IMG/VR virus record: IMGVR_UViG_3300047564_005375
Location: 2,847-66,846 of that record
Direction: 5' to 3' (one strand)
DNA from: a virus
DNA: 64,000 bases
The notes under the pieces were generated by a model. That model was given only the letters and a program-made list of their open reading frames with translations. It was not told the origin of the DNA and searched no databases. The translations under genes and the position numbers were made by a program. Below, one piece after another: positions 41,533-51,175 of this stretch. Every line of letters starts with the position of its first letter. Within the stretch, counting starts at the first letter, position 1.

Positions 41533-43245
41533 TTACTCCCCTTTTTTGGGGAGAGGAACAATGGCTTTATCCATCTGTTCCTTCATCATGTTATAAAATC
41601 CTTCCTTGAACTCAGGTGTATTAATATAACGTGTGAGTTCACGGGCATCCACACCAGGTGGAACATTAATGTTTATATCAATTTCTCCATCAAAGTTTAC
41701 ATTTGTAGTACTTGTCTTGTCCACACCCCCTTTTTCAGTGGTTTTTAGACTATCGATACTTGAGGTATCTATTTTGTTAACCAATGACATTGCGGCTTTA
41801 TAGATAGGATTGGATTCCAACTGTTCCTGATTCTTGAAATTATTCAAAGCTTCCAAGGCAGTATTCAACGAACTATCTTTTATCAAATCGGCGTTGGTGG
41901 TCAACATATCTAAAAGATTTTGTCTGTTGGCTTCGGTGTTATCTGACATGATTTTACCAACAGCATCCTTGAATTCATCCCCCAAACCTTCAACGCTTCT
42001 TCTGAGTTCTTCTCCCGATGGAGCCGCCCTAAAAATACTATCAGCTCCAGCCCCTGCAACATCTCTCACCGATTCGAGACCTCTCGCCAATCCAGTCTGA
42101 CCGGCAATAGCATAACCAATCTGATATGGTAGGGCTTGAATATCCAACCTCATGAGTTCAAAAGTGCCCTTTTGACTTCTGAGAATGTCTTCCATAGTCT
42201 TTGGAGTATCCTCATATTGTTTTCTGAGCATCCCCATTTGTTCCTCAGTGATGTTCGCCAAGTCAACTTTACCCACATCCTCTATCTCAACAAAGTAACG
42301 ACCACCTTCACCCATCTTAGCCATATTGGCAATTAAAAGTTTGTCCTCTTCAGGGGCGTCAATGTTGAAACTTATTTGTGATAATCTTCTATCTAAATCG
42401 GCACTTGACAAGGCAACCTGACTGAACTCCTTGTAAGTCATACCCGCAGCTTCAGCGAGGTCATACATCAACCTGACTCCGCCAGGATTAATTTCAAACC
42501 TTCCTGTCTCTTCATTGAATTGGGTAAACTGACGTGACATTTCAACCAAACTATCTTGTAAACCTTCAGGGTCGTTGATTGATGCGTCCATCAAAGCAAA
42601 TGGGTCAATTAAAGTACCAGCAGCAACCCCCAATCTTTGGAACGCCTGAGCGGTTTCCAAAGCCCCTTGTGGATTCATAACCTTGTCAGCAAAAGCCGCC
42701 GTCTTACCCATATCCAAACGAACCATAGATGCCTGAGCTGCCATACGAGTAAATCCTTGTACCCCTCCATCAAAATTGAATCTGTTAAGTAAGTCGGTTT
42801 GTTCTACCACAGTACCCATAATGGTCTTGGCGTTGAGTCCAACACTTTGAACATATTGAACACTCTCAAGAATAGTATCCCCAATTGTGGTCATTTCAAT
42901 TCCCGCTGCGGCGAAACTATCGACAATTCCTGATGTTTCCTTACCTAAGAATTGAGATACCGCAAAAAGGTCGGTAACAACATCAGTTGTAGCAACTACG
43001 TTTCTTCGAGCCCCTTGAGCGATTTCTGTAACCGTAGTTGCAACATCAGTAATGTTACCCCCAAGTCTTTTGATTTCACCCGCGCTATCGGCTAATACAT
43101 TGTTGAATTCAAGGAATCGTTGTCTACTCTCTCCGAAACCGGAGTTGATGGCAACAATACCATCTTGAATTCTACCAATATTACCAAGAAGATTGACGGA
43201 TTCTTTCAAACCATCGTTCAGACTTTTCTTATCATCTTCTTCCAT
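41533..43245 (-). CDS. Tape measure-like protein (570 aa)
   Basis: Helical Ala/Gly/Met-rich ORF directly after the tail chaperone; canonical tube-chaperone-TMP order. Confidence 0.6.
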   Translation of the reverse strand: MEEDDKKSLNDGLKESVNLLGNIGRIQDGIVAINSGFGESRQRFLEFNNVLADSAGEIKRLGGNITDVATTVTEIAQGARRNVVATTDVVTDLFAVSQFLGKETSGIVDSFAAAGIEMTTIGDTILESVQYVQSVGLNAKTIMGTVVEQTDLLNRFNFDGGVQGFTRMAAQASMVRLDMGKTAAFADKVMNPQGALETAQAFQRLGVAAGTLIDPFALMDASINDPEGLQDSLVEMSRQFTQFNEETGRFEINPGGVRLMYDLAEAAGMTYKEFSQVALSSADLDRRLSQISFNIDAPEEDKLLIANMAKMGEGGRYFVEIEDVGKVDLANITEEQMGMLRKQYEDTPKTMEDILRSQKGTFELMRLDIQALPYQIGYAIAGQTGLARGLESVRDVAGAGADSIFRAAPSGEELRRSVEGLGDEFKDAVGKIMSDNTEANRQNLLDMLTTNADLIKDSSLNTALEALNNFKNQEQLESNPIYKAAMSLVNKIDTSSIDSLKTTEKGGVDKTSTTNVNFDGEIDININVPPGVDARELTRYINTPEFKEGFYNMMKEQMDKAIVPLPKKGE

Positions 43246-43285
43246 AGGGAGCGTTTTCTAATAAATAGATTTTGTGAGATTTTTT

Positions 43286-43462
43286 TTATTTTTTATTATC
43301 TTCAATCCACTTATCTAATAAAAACTTCCTTGTAAAAACGGGCATTTTAAGAAAATCAGTCCACGATATATGTAGGACCGAAGCCAAATAATAAAATTCC
43401 GACAATTGAGTTTGTCTATACTCAGAAGAAAGGGCGAAAAAATTCGACCCCAAAACCCACAT
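43286..43462 (-). CDS. Tail chaperone C-terminal extension (gpT-like); probably reached by frameshift, or from ATG 43462
   Basis: Not in the ORF track. The +1 frame reads ...FFALSSEYRQTQLSEFYYLASVLHISWTDFLKMPVFTRKFLLDKWIEDNKK*. Confidence 0.7.
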   Translation of the reverse strand: MWVLGSNFFALSSEYRQTQLSEFYYLASVLHISWTDFLKMPVFTRKFLLDKWIEDNKK

Positions 43463-44165
43463 TCACGGTGAGTCTTTCTCCAGACGGGGTCATAATGATG
43501 CGGGACATATCCAAACGGGGTTCGTTTTTGTCCATGAATTTTTTTATGTGTTTGGAATCGGCAATCATCATTGTCTCGATAAAACGAGAAATCATTCCCT
43601 TATCTGTGTTCCCATCAACCGCAACAATTTCTTTTTGTAGTCTCCACGTTCTTCTCGGAGCCACTCTACCTTGGGGGTAGGTATCCACTTGTTTTTGAAT
43701 CTCATTAACTTCACCATATGTAAGTGGTTTGAGTTTCACGTTGGCACCTGAGACAGGTAACATCGTCTCGAAGAATCCATCTTCACCAGGTTGTTCACCA
43801 TTAATAATTGTCAATTCATCCAATCTTACGTTGGAGTTAAATTGTTTTTGGGTTTTGGGGTCTGTAAGTTTAAGTTCAACTTCAGGACCAAATGCGGTGT
43901 TTCTTAAGAAAATCAAAATTGCTTCAATATCTCCCTCCAATAATTCCTCGACCTTCATACCAGGTTCATAGATTTTGTTTCTGAGAAGGTTGAGTACCAT
44001 ATCGGTTCCACCCGCCATAATGATGTTTTCATCAGCCGCCGTAAGGTATCCAACCTTGATTGACGACTTCCTTCCTTTATAAAACCATCCTTGTGATGGT
44101 AGACCTACCACGTCGTGTGGTAAGTCAAAATTCATTTGTCCGTATTCTTGTGCTTCTGTTGCCAT
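43422..44165 (-). CDS. Tail assembly chaperone / T4 gp26-like baseplate hub assembly protein
   Basis: LPSQGWFY, LTAADENI, GDIEAILIFLRNTAFG and C-terminal FFRP; lies between tube and tape measure genes. Confidence 0.8.
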   Translation of the reverse strand: MATEAQEYGQMNFDLPHDVVGLPSQGWFYKGRKSSIKVGYLTAADENIIMAGGTDMVLNLLRNKIYEPGMKVEELLEGDIEAILIFLRNTAFGPEVELKLTDPKTQKQFNSNVRLDELTIINGEQPGEDGFFETMLPVSGANVKLKPLTYGEVNEIQKQVDTYPQGRVAPRRTWRLQKEIVAVDGNTDKGMISRFIETMMIADSKHIKKFMDKNEPRLDMSRIIMTPSGERLTVNVGFGVEFFRPFF

Positions 44166-44167
44166 AT

Positions 44168-44197
44168 AAAAAAACCGTAGAGTTTCGCTCTACGGTT
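44168..44197 (-). terminator. Rho-independent terminator after the tail tube gene
   Basis: AACCGTAGAG-CGAAA-CTCTACGGTT followed by a T-run. Confidence 0.85.
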
Positions 44198-44233
44198 AAA
44201 AATAATTTGATATGAATTATTGTAAATGAAAAA

Positions 44234-44722
44234 TTAGTAAATCAATACACAACGGTCCATTCTCAAAGTCGCACTGATTGTAGCCAGTCCGTCTTGTGAG
44301 TAAGACAATGAATTAAAGTTAACGTCAGTTAAGAATGTGCCATAAAGAATCCATTTTTCTACTACAACACCTGTTGGGTCTAACATCTCGAGGTCGATGT
44401 CTTTTTTGTAACCCGCAGCGTAACCCATACGACCTGTTACAGATTCTGCGTGTAAACGAACCCACTCCATAAGAGCTTGAGCTGCTGATGGACCGATTGG
44501 GTCTCGGAATACAACTGGAATTGTTTGCCAGTTAAATCTACCCGCCACAAACGTAGAGGTGTTCAAAAATTGGATTTCAGTTGCACCGATTGTAATGTGC
44601 GGTCTGGCGGTTGATTCTACAAACCATTCGTTAATCCCCAAAGTTGAGGGAAACCTAAGAATGAAACGATTCTGACGTTTCGGTTCGTAGGGAATGGGCA
44701 TTTTCATTAATAAATCTGCCAT
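44234..44722 (-). CDS. Tail tube protein (T4 gp19-like)
   Basis: YEPKRQNRF; MLDPTGVVVEKWILYGTF; LSYSQDG. Confidence 0.9.
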   Translation of the reverse strand: MADLLMKMPIPYEPKRQNRFILRFPSTLGINEWFVESTARPHITIGATEIQFLNTSTFVAGRFNWQTIPVVFRDPIGPSAAQALMEWVRLHAESVTGRMGYAAGYKKDIDLEMLDPTGVVVEKWILYGTFLTDVNFNSLSYSQDGLATISATLRMDRCVLIY

Positions 44723-44832
44723 GGTGTTTCTTTTTCTTTAGACGTTTTATCTTTGTTTATAAATATACCTTGTTAGTAAATTTTTCTATTGACTTCTCAA
44801 ACCGGAAAATTACTCTTCTACTAAATCCAGTA

Positions 44833-45645
44833 CTAGTATTCTTTTTTAGTTCCTCCTTTAGTGGTATATGTTTTAATTGGTTCTTTTATTCCTTTAAAAT
44901 ATTTTTTCATTGCTTCTACATTCCTTTCATCATCATCTGAAAAGCCTATAGATGGTATAAAATTATTAGCAATGTCTTTTTTAAGAAAGGCTCTCTTTTG
45001 TAGAAGTGCCGCCATTGATTTAACATAACGTACGAAATCTTCCATCGCTTGGACTTTTAACTCTTCGGGACTTGCCGCCGACTTTTCTTGTCCGAAACTT
45101 ACAGGGTTATAACGATTAAGTTCTAAATAAGAACGGATAAGTTCCTCGTCTGACATATCTTCCTCACCCACAAAATCACGATATTTTTTGAGGTTTTTAA
45201 TTAACACCTCACGGTTGATTCCCCCAAAATTGTTTTGGATGTAATTGTAAATTGCCTCTTTGAGAGTGTTTGGGTGATGACCTCTCGCGGTGATTATCGC
45301 AAAAATAGACCCATTGTTAATTGCTTCACGGAAATCATCCCACGCTGGTCCGGTCTGAGCCTCTAAAGCGTCATCCATAAACTGAGCATCTCCCTTGACA
45401 CTAAAATATCTAAAGGGGTCTTCCGCAAAACCAACAACGGTTGAGCCTTTGTAAGGAAAAGATTCTTTTCCGATTTTTTCTCTGTAGTCTGCAAAGTCCG
45501 AAGTTGACATCATAACCTCGTCACCATCCTCGTCTAACACAACAATCTTTGTTGGCATGTGGACGATGTTGTCATCCCAATCAAATGCGTAGTATTTTAA
45601 ATCGGGACCCGCTTCGGTTATTTTTTCGGATAAAAGTTTTTTCAT
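44833..45645 (-). CDS. HAD-superfamily phosphatase-like protein
   Basis: Motif I YAFDWDDNI, motif II IITARGH, motif IV GFSDDD. Confidence 0.75.
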   Translation of the reverse strand: MKKLLSEKITEAGPDLKYYAFDWDDNIVHMPTKIVVLDEDGDEVMMSTSDFADYREKIGKESFPYKGSTVVGFAEDPFRYFSVKGDAQFMDDALEAQTGPAWDDFREAINNGSIFAIITARGHHPNTLKEAIYNYIQNNFGGINREVLIKNLKKYRDFVGEEDMSDEELIRSYLELNRYNPVSFGQEKSAASPEELKVQAMEDFVRYVKSMAALLQKRAFLKKDIANNFIPSIGFSDDDERNVEAMKKYFKGIKEPIKTYTTKGGTKKEY

Positions 45646-45657
45646 CAGTATTTGGCT

Positions 45658-45683
45658 AAAAAGGGGGGATTAGTTCCCCCCTT
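45658..45683 (-). terminator. Rho-independent terminator after the tail sheath gene
   Basis: GGGGGGA-ACTAA-TCCCCCC followed by T5. Confidence 0.8.
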
Positions 45684-45693
45684 CACAAAGATA

Positions 45694-48600
45694 TTAAATA
45701 TTCTCAAACGATGCTCCTGTTGGAGTAATCAAGAATTCGATGTCGATGAATTCGAGAGCTTTCGTTGGTTTCAAGTAGATTTTACCTGTTAATGTATTTC
45801 TATCCAAATCTTCTGGAGTAGAACTTACAGTTACACGGAAGTCGTAAAGACCTCTGTCTCTTCTGATTGAGTCTAAGATTGGGTTCACCGAATCCAAGAA
45901 CTGTTGTCTTACGATTTCATCGTTCTGTTCGAACAACAATCTTACCGCTACCGCTGAAATCAACTTACGAGCTTGTAACAACAATCTTCTTACGTTCAAT
46001 CTGTTAAGAGCCGTGTCTCTAACTTGGAGAGTTTTGTTACCCCAAATCACCGTACCCACGTCTGAGAAGGTCGCAATTGGGTTAATTCTTCCTTGGTAAA
46101 GGATGTCTCTGTCTTCCTGAGTAAGTCTCAATCTCGCCTTTACCGAATTAACAAGACCTCTTGTGTAACCCGCTGATGCGAACCATGGGAAAGAAATGTT
46201 GTCGGTGAGAGCTAAGTTTCTACAAACCTGACCGGTTGGTGGGAGGTAGAGTTGTGTATTATTCACAGTATCTCTTTCAAGAATCCAAGGATAGTAAGTA
46301 GCTGTGTAAGAAGAATCGATTGCAGTTCCATCAAGATTATCCACCGCTTCTTGAGGATAAATAATTTCGTATTGAGAACCACCATCAGGAGTGTACATGT
46401 TGTAATCAGGAGTTGTTACGATGTAGACCGAGTCAGCTCTCTGATTTGTTACCATGTCAATTGCCGCCTCACAAAGATTGTTATTATTGATGTAGTCAAT
46501 ACTTCCTGTTGCGAAAACGTTGATGTTAGTTGATTCAGGATTGTTGAATGACAAGATACCAAGAAGATATGCGTAGTAGTCAGTGTTTGCAAAGTCCTGA
46601 GTATTGTCAGCAACCACAATTCTCTTGAAGGTACCATCACCCGATGCTGTTGGGTATCTCTGAGAGACATATGCTCCTTGTAAGTAACCTGAAGCTCCAA
46701 GTTGGAACCTATCAGTATTTGTTCTGAACTCACGATATATGTCCCAACCGTCAAATCCTCCTTGGAACATGAACGTGAATTTACGAGAATATAAGAAGTA
46801 GTATGGGTTAGCTTGAGTTGTTGGTTCTGCTCTGAAATCCGCAATACCACAAACGAACGCTGGTGTTCCACTAGTGACAAAAGCATTACCGATAGTTACG
46901 ACTGTTGCTCCTGAGTCAAAGTGGAAACCTTGTGTTTGGTAGTTCCATGGTTCGGAATCTGTTGCATCATACCAATTGATTGTTGGATTCTTTCTTCCCT
47001 TGTATTGAAGAAGGTCAGAATCGATACCAAAGAATGATGAAATTCCCAAGTAACTTCTTCTAACATTATCACCGGAAGCCGTCACGACGTTAGAACCACC
47101 AGCGGTTGTTCCAAAAGGTGGGTCAAAAAGAGTTTCCCCAGGGTAAAAATATCTATTCTTGATAATAGGGAATGGTGAAGGATTGGTTGGTGATTCATAA
47201 ATCCTCTCATCAAGACCATAAAAACCACAAGGAAGTGCATCAAACGGAGCTTCATCTGCCATCTCAACCATGACATATGCCGAGTTCAATGGGTATTCCC
47301 CATCGAATGAACCAATCTTTTTACCTACAAAACTATTAGTAGATGGGTCTAAAGTACAATTGGTGTATTTTTCAAGAACGATTGGATTAGCATCCGTATC
47401 AAAGAAATCTCGTACCTGTACATCAAAGGTCATGTTACTAAAAGATACGTTAGCAATAGAAATTTTGATTTGAGTGTTCGCTAAATCTCCATCAGAGATT
47501 GAAACAAATCTGAAAAGTTTATAAACCTTATTACCACGAAGTTCAGAAACCACATACGGAGTTCTTGGACTTTGGTATTGCTGTAGATTCCACGCAATTG
47601 ACGTTGTTGAAGTAATATCACGAGCTTCGGGAAGTGCAATGAAATCACAATTCAAACCTCTTACATACCCCTTGTTGTATCCGTAAGTTAAAAGACCTGG
47701 ATAAGATTCCTCAACATAAACCGGTACTTCAAACTGAGACTTACCAAAATTAGTTATTCCGAGAACCTTTGTTATGTAATTAGCATTACTTGCTCCAAAT
47801 GAAACATCAAAATCAAAGTCAGTTCCTGTTTTGGTAACACCACTTACTTGGAATGTCGCAAATGGATTCTGACTAATACCTGAGTAAGGTCCTGTACATA
47901 CAATTTGTAAATCAGTGAGACCTGTTACTTGATAAAGTGGACCATGGTCAGTTGCGGTATATTCCGAAACCCCTCTTGAACGTAAAGTACCGACAACCAA
48001 ATTACAATACTCAGTGAACGACTCACCACTGTAGAAATATACGTTTCCTGATAAAGTTCCTGAGAAAGTGTTTGTTGCACCTGTTGCATAATTTGTAACA
48101 ACGTAATTCCAAGCATAACCCGAATAATCACATGAACTACCAGTAACATTAAAATTAGCGTAATACCAAGGGTCATTTACACTGTCAGTCAAATCGTTTG
48201 CTAAAGGGTCAAGACTATCAACCCCAAAATTGTTACTCAACACAGAGAATTGTGCATTGAATTGGTCATATCCAACCTGCGTGGGCATTCCGTAGAATTG
48301 AGCGGTTGTCGCAGATAACGAAGTGTTACCCGAAATAGAGTTCATGAAAGCTTGAATATCTCTCGAATAAGAAGATGTTGAACCATCATAAAGGGTATAC
48401 TGAGTGTTTAGTGAGTTTGAGATGATAGGTGGAAGTGCTGAAGTAAAAGTCACAGAGGACCCTGTTAAAGAACCTGTAAATGTAGCCGACCAAAATACTT
48501 GAGCAACACCAGCATCAATACCCACGGTTTCACCATCTACGTTAGCAATTGCGGTTATACTCCACGAGGGTCCAGCGTCATAACCTGAAAGACCCAAGAC

Positions 48601-48903
48601 TCTAGTCACAAACAACTGATTTGATTGTTGAAGGTAGGCTTTTGCAATGTAAGCCGCTTCGTATTTAGGAATCTGAGTTCCTACAAATTTTTCAGGGCTG
48701 ACACCACCAAAAAAGTTCTGAAATTCATCGTAGTTTGTTATGAATATAGGTTCGAAAGCCGGACCGTATAGAGTTTCACCAACCAAACCCAAAGTCGTTA
48801 CACCAACGCTTTGTGCTACAAATGACAAATCAGTTTCGGATGTATAGACACCAGGTGATACAAAAACCTTCTGATTAGCTTGTGTTGTTACTTGAAAAAA
48901 CAT
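45694..48903 (-). CDS. Contractile tail sheath protein (T4 gp18-like)
   Basis: SPGVYTSETDLS; PWFASAGYTRG; INPIATF; WGNKTLQ; LNVRRLL; LFEQND; KPTKALEFI. Confidence 0.97.
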   Translation of the reverse strand: MFFQVTTQANQKVFVSPGVYTSETDLSFVAQSVGVTTLGLVGETLYGPAFEPIFITNYDEFQNFFGGVSPEKFVGTQIPKYEAAYIAKAYLQQSNQLFVTRVLGLSGYDAGPSWSITAIANVDGETVGIDAGVAQVFWSATFTGSLTGSSVTFTSALPPIISNSLNTQYTLYDGSTSSYSRDIQAFMNSISGNTSLSATTAQFYGMPTQVGYDQFNAQFSVLSNNFGVDSLDPLANDLTDSVNDPWYYANFNVTGSSCDYSGYAWNYVVTNYATGATNTFSGTLSGNVYFYSGESFTEYCNLVVGTLRSRGVSEYTATDHGPLYQVTGLTDLQIVCTGPYSGISQNPFATFQVSGVTKTGTDFDFDVSFGASNANYITKVLGITNFGKSQFEVPVYVEESYPGLLTYGYNKGYVRGLNCDFIALPEARDITSTTSIAWNLQQYQSPRTPYVVSELRGNKVYKLFRFVSISDGDLANTQIKISIANVSFSNMTFDVQVRDFFDTDANPIVLEKYTNCTLDPSTNSFVGKKIGSFDGEYPLNSAYVMVEMADEAPFDALPCGFYGLDERIYESPTNPSPFPIIKNRYFYPGETLFDPPFGTTAGGSNVVTASGDNVRRSYLGISSFFGIDSDLLQYKGRKNPTINWYDATDSEPWNYQTQGFHFDSGATVVTIGNAFVTSGTPAFVCGIADFRAEPTTQANPYYFLYSRKFTFMFQGGFDGWDIYREFRTNTDRFQLGASGYLQGAYVSQRYPTASGDGTFKRIVVADNTQDFANTDYYAYLLGILSFNNPESTNINVFATGSIDYINNNNLCEAAIDMVTNQRADSVYIVTTPDYNMYTPDGGSQYEIIYPQEAVDNLDGTAIDSSYTATYYPWILERDTVNNTQLYLPPTGQVCRNLALTDNISFPWFASAGYTRGLVNSVKARLRLTQEDRDILYQGRINPIATFSDVGTVIWGNKTLQVRDTALNRLNVRRLLLQARKLISAVAVRLLFEQNDEIVRQQFLDSVNPILDSIRRDRGLYDFRVTVSSTPEDLDRNTLTGKIYLKPTKALEFIDIEFLITPTGASFENI

Positions 48904-49025
48904 ATTTTAATTTTTCTTATTCGGATTTATTTTATACATAAATATTCAAGTAAAAAGTAAAAAACTTGACTTTTGGATATGTATTGATAAGCAGTAAGAT
49001 TTTATTCTGCCTTTTTTCTACCTTT

Positions 49026-49190
49026 ATGAAAACTCCTTCTCAGGATATTAAGAACCTTAAAATATCAAAACAAGCTCACTCAGTCTTGAAAAACTATTGT
49101 GATAAACATGGAGTAAAAATGTATAGGTTTTTAGAAAACCTTATTTACGAAAGGTGTGGGGACAAAAAAGATATTTACGGAGAGGACTAA
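49026..49190 (+). CDS. Small ribbon-helix-helix-like DNA-binding protein
   Basis: KNLKISKQAHSVLKNYCDKHGVKMYRFLENLI; ATG at 49026. Confidence 0.6.
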   Translation: MKTPSQDIKNLKISKQAHSVLKNYCDKHGVKMYRFLENLIYERCGDKKDIYGED

Positions 49191-50233
49191 ACTAATTTAG
49201 CCGAGAACAAAATATTTGCTTCTTCTCCCACAGTTTCTTTGGTAACAACCACCTGAAACTTATCTCCTTGGTTCAATTGAATGTCAAAAATATCTGACCC
49301 ATAAAAGTCATCGTTGATGTAAATATCGTAAGAATCTACATTAGTTGATTCAATAAACTTCACATCAATTCTATAGTCTACGGGAAAGTCGGTGAGAGTT
49401 GTATTTCCTGATGTATAAAAAAATGGATACTCAAACTCATCGGGATTTGGTGGAGTAATTTGATTGCGTTTTCCAACGGGAACTTGAGTATCTACTTCAT
49501 AAACTTGAAGAACTCTTGCAACGGCAGGTTTTACTTGGAACTCCTCTTCATCAATGAGGTAACCCAACATAGTGAAGTCGTAACTTTGAATGTAGTAATT
49601 TCTTTTGTCCACATCGATAACTGACTCGTCAGATACGTTGTTCATAACAATCGGAACATACTGACCTTTGATAAATGTATATGCCTGACGTGAAGAAAAA
49701 GTTTGAAGTACATTTTTGTTAAAGGTATTTAACTCCCTCATTCTGTTACACAAAATTTTGACACTATAATCAATATCCACAGGTACTGGTTGAGGAATTG
49801 TGTAAACATCATATCCCTTCTGATTTCCATTCCAAGTTGGAACTGTGGCGTAGTAGAATTGTTTTCTAACTGGTATTGTATATTGAAGTGACGGATTGGT
49901 ACCATATTTAACTTCAGGTTTTCGAACAACAGTTATAAATGGAAGTTGTACGTTGAAGTCATTGTCAACAAAATCCCATGTTTCCGTGAATTGAGACCAC
50001 CTTTGATTGGTAATAATTTTATTAATAACACTAATATCCTTACCTGATACGGTGGTTTTAAGTGAATTTTTTACAAACTCCAACATACCCAAATCCAAAT
50101 CGGCATGTAATACAGATTTCGGAAGATACGTCCCGTCTTTGTTGATAAACTCCAATAGTTGTTCTCTCCGAGCCGAAAGAGTTTTCGGCGGAACTAAATC
50201 AATTGTAGGTTTTATTTGTTTTGGATATGGCAT
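49187..50233 (-). CDS. Tail terminator / completion protein (T4 gp15-like)
   Basis: LPFITVVR...PQPVPVDIDYSVKI motif; lies between neck and sheath genes. Confidence 0.6.
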   Translation of the reverse strand: MPYPKQIKPTIDLVPPKTLSARREQLLEFINKDGTYLPKSVLHADLDLGMLEFVKNSLKTTVSGKDISVINKIITNQRWSQFTETWDFVDNDFNVQLPFITVVRKPEVKYGTNPSLQYTIPVRKQFYYATVPTWNGNQKGYDVYTIPQPVPVDIDYSVKILCNRMRELNTFNKNVLQTFSSRQAYTFIKGQYVPIVMNNVSDESVIDVDKRNYYIQSYDFTMLGYLIDEEEFQVKPAVARVLQVYEVDTQVPVGKRNQITPPNPDEFEYPFFYTSGNTTLTDFPVDYRIDVKFIESTNVDSYDIYINDDFYGSDIFDIQLNQGDKFQVVVTKETVGEEANILFSAKLV

Positions 50234-50748
50234 TAGGTTCCGTAAAATTCATTTTGACTCGCAGGAGTTGCGACAATAGTCCTGTAAAATGGTTTATATC
50301 CTCCGTAAGTATGTCGGTTGTCTGACACAACCCTTCCGTCATCGGCAACAGAATAGTAACGGACCTTACTTTCAGTTTCATAATAACCCAAGTAATCACC
50401 ATAAGCAATATCAACCCCCAATTCATCGAGGTAAGATTGATAAATAGAAAATCTCATATTACCTGGTTCGTCTTGTTCAATACGAGAATTACCGAGTCTC
50501 ATACCAGTTGGGGCTAAAATTTGAACATATCCTTTCAATTCCACAGGAGCCAAGAATTGAATACCACCCTCAGGTGATTCACCATAAACATCATCAATTC
50601 TTGTCTTGTATCTATCGATACGATATAGAATGACGGTGAAGTTCATATCACCCTCCAACCATTCTGAACCCATCGAAACATCCAACGCATAATCTTCACC
50701 ACCGAAGAATTTGCCAAGTCGAGTAATTGGTACTAATTTATTTGCCAT
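50233..50748 (-). CDS. Neck / head-closure protein (T4 gp14-like)
   Basis: VILYRID...DDVYGES...GDY; ATG 50748 follows TATTTAT. Confidence 0.6.
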   Translation of the reverse strand: MANKLVPITRLGKFFGGEDYALDVSMGSEWLEGDMNFTVILYRIDRYKTRIDDVYGESPEGGIQFLAPVELKGYVQILAPTGMRLGNSRIEQDEPGNMRFSIYQSYLDELGVDIAYGDYLGYYETESKVRYYSVADDGRVVSDNRHTYGGYKPFYRTIVATPASQNEFYGT

Positions 50749-50797
50749 AACCGATATATTGATAAATACCTGTAGAATTGTTATTATTATCAGTAAA

Positions 50798-51175
50798 ATG
50801 GTCATTAATCCTCCACATAAAATTAAAGTCGCCGACAGTGTTATTCACGGGTTGGGTGTGTTTGCCACACAAAAAATTTTAAAAGGAGAAATTTTTGAGG
50901 TTGCTCCTGTCCTAAAATTAGACTCCAATGTAATGTCTCATTATAGGTTTTTCTATCCACGTGGAGGTCATAACCAATACTTTGTTATTGGTCTCGGATA
51001 TTCTTCTTACTATAATCACTCAGAGAATCCAAGTGCCGAATGGGACAACACAGAGGGACAAGAAAGTTTTAATTTCTATGCTCTTCGAGACATTGAAGTT
51101 GGGGAAGAGATTACCGTATACTACGGAGATAGTAATTATTGGGCAAGTACAGGGCAATCTATAGATGTAAAATAA
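50798..51175 (+). CDS. SET-domain lysine methyltransferase
   Basis: HGLGVFATQKILKGE; YNHSENPS; ALRDIEVGEEITVYYG. Confidence 0.9.
   Translation: MVINPPHKIKVADSVIHGLGVFATQKILKGEIFEVAPVLKLDSNVMSHYRFFYPRGGHNQYFVIGLGYSSYYNHSENPSAEWDNTEGQESFNFYALRDIEVGEEITVYYGDSNYWASTGQSIDVK

Noticed and set aside
44789-44816. Plus-strand TTGACT-N16-TACTCT antisense to the HAD gene
   Set aside because: Weak match with no downstream ORF; plausible by chance in AT-rich DNA.
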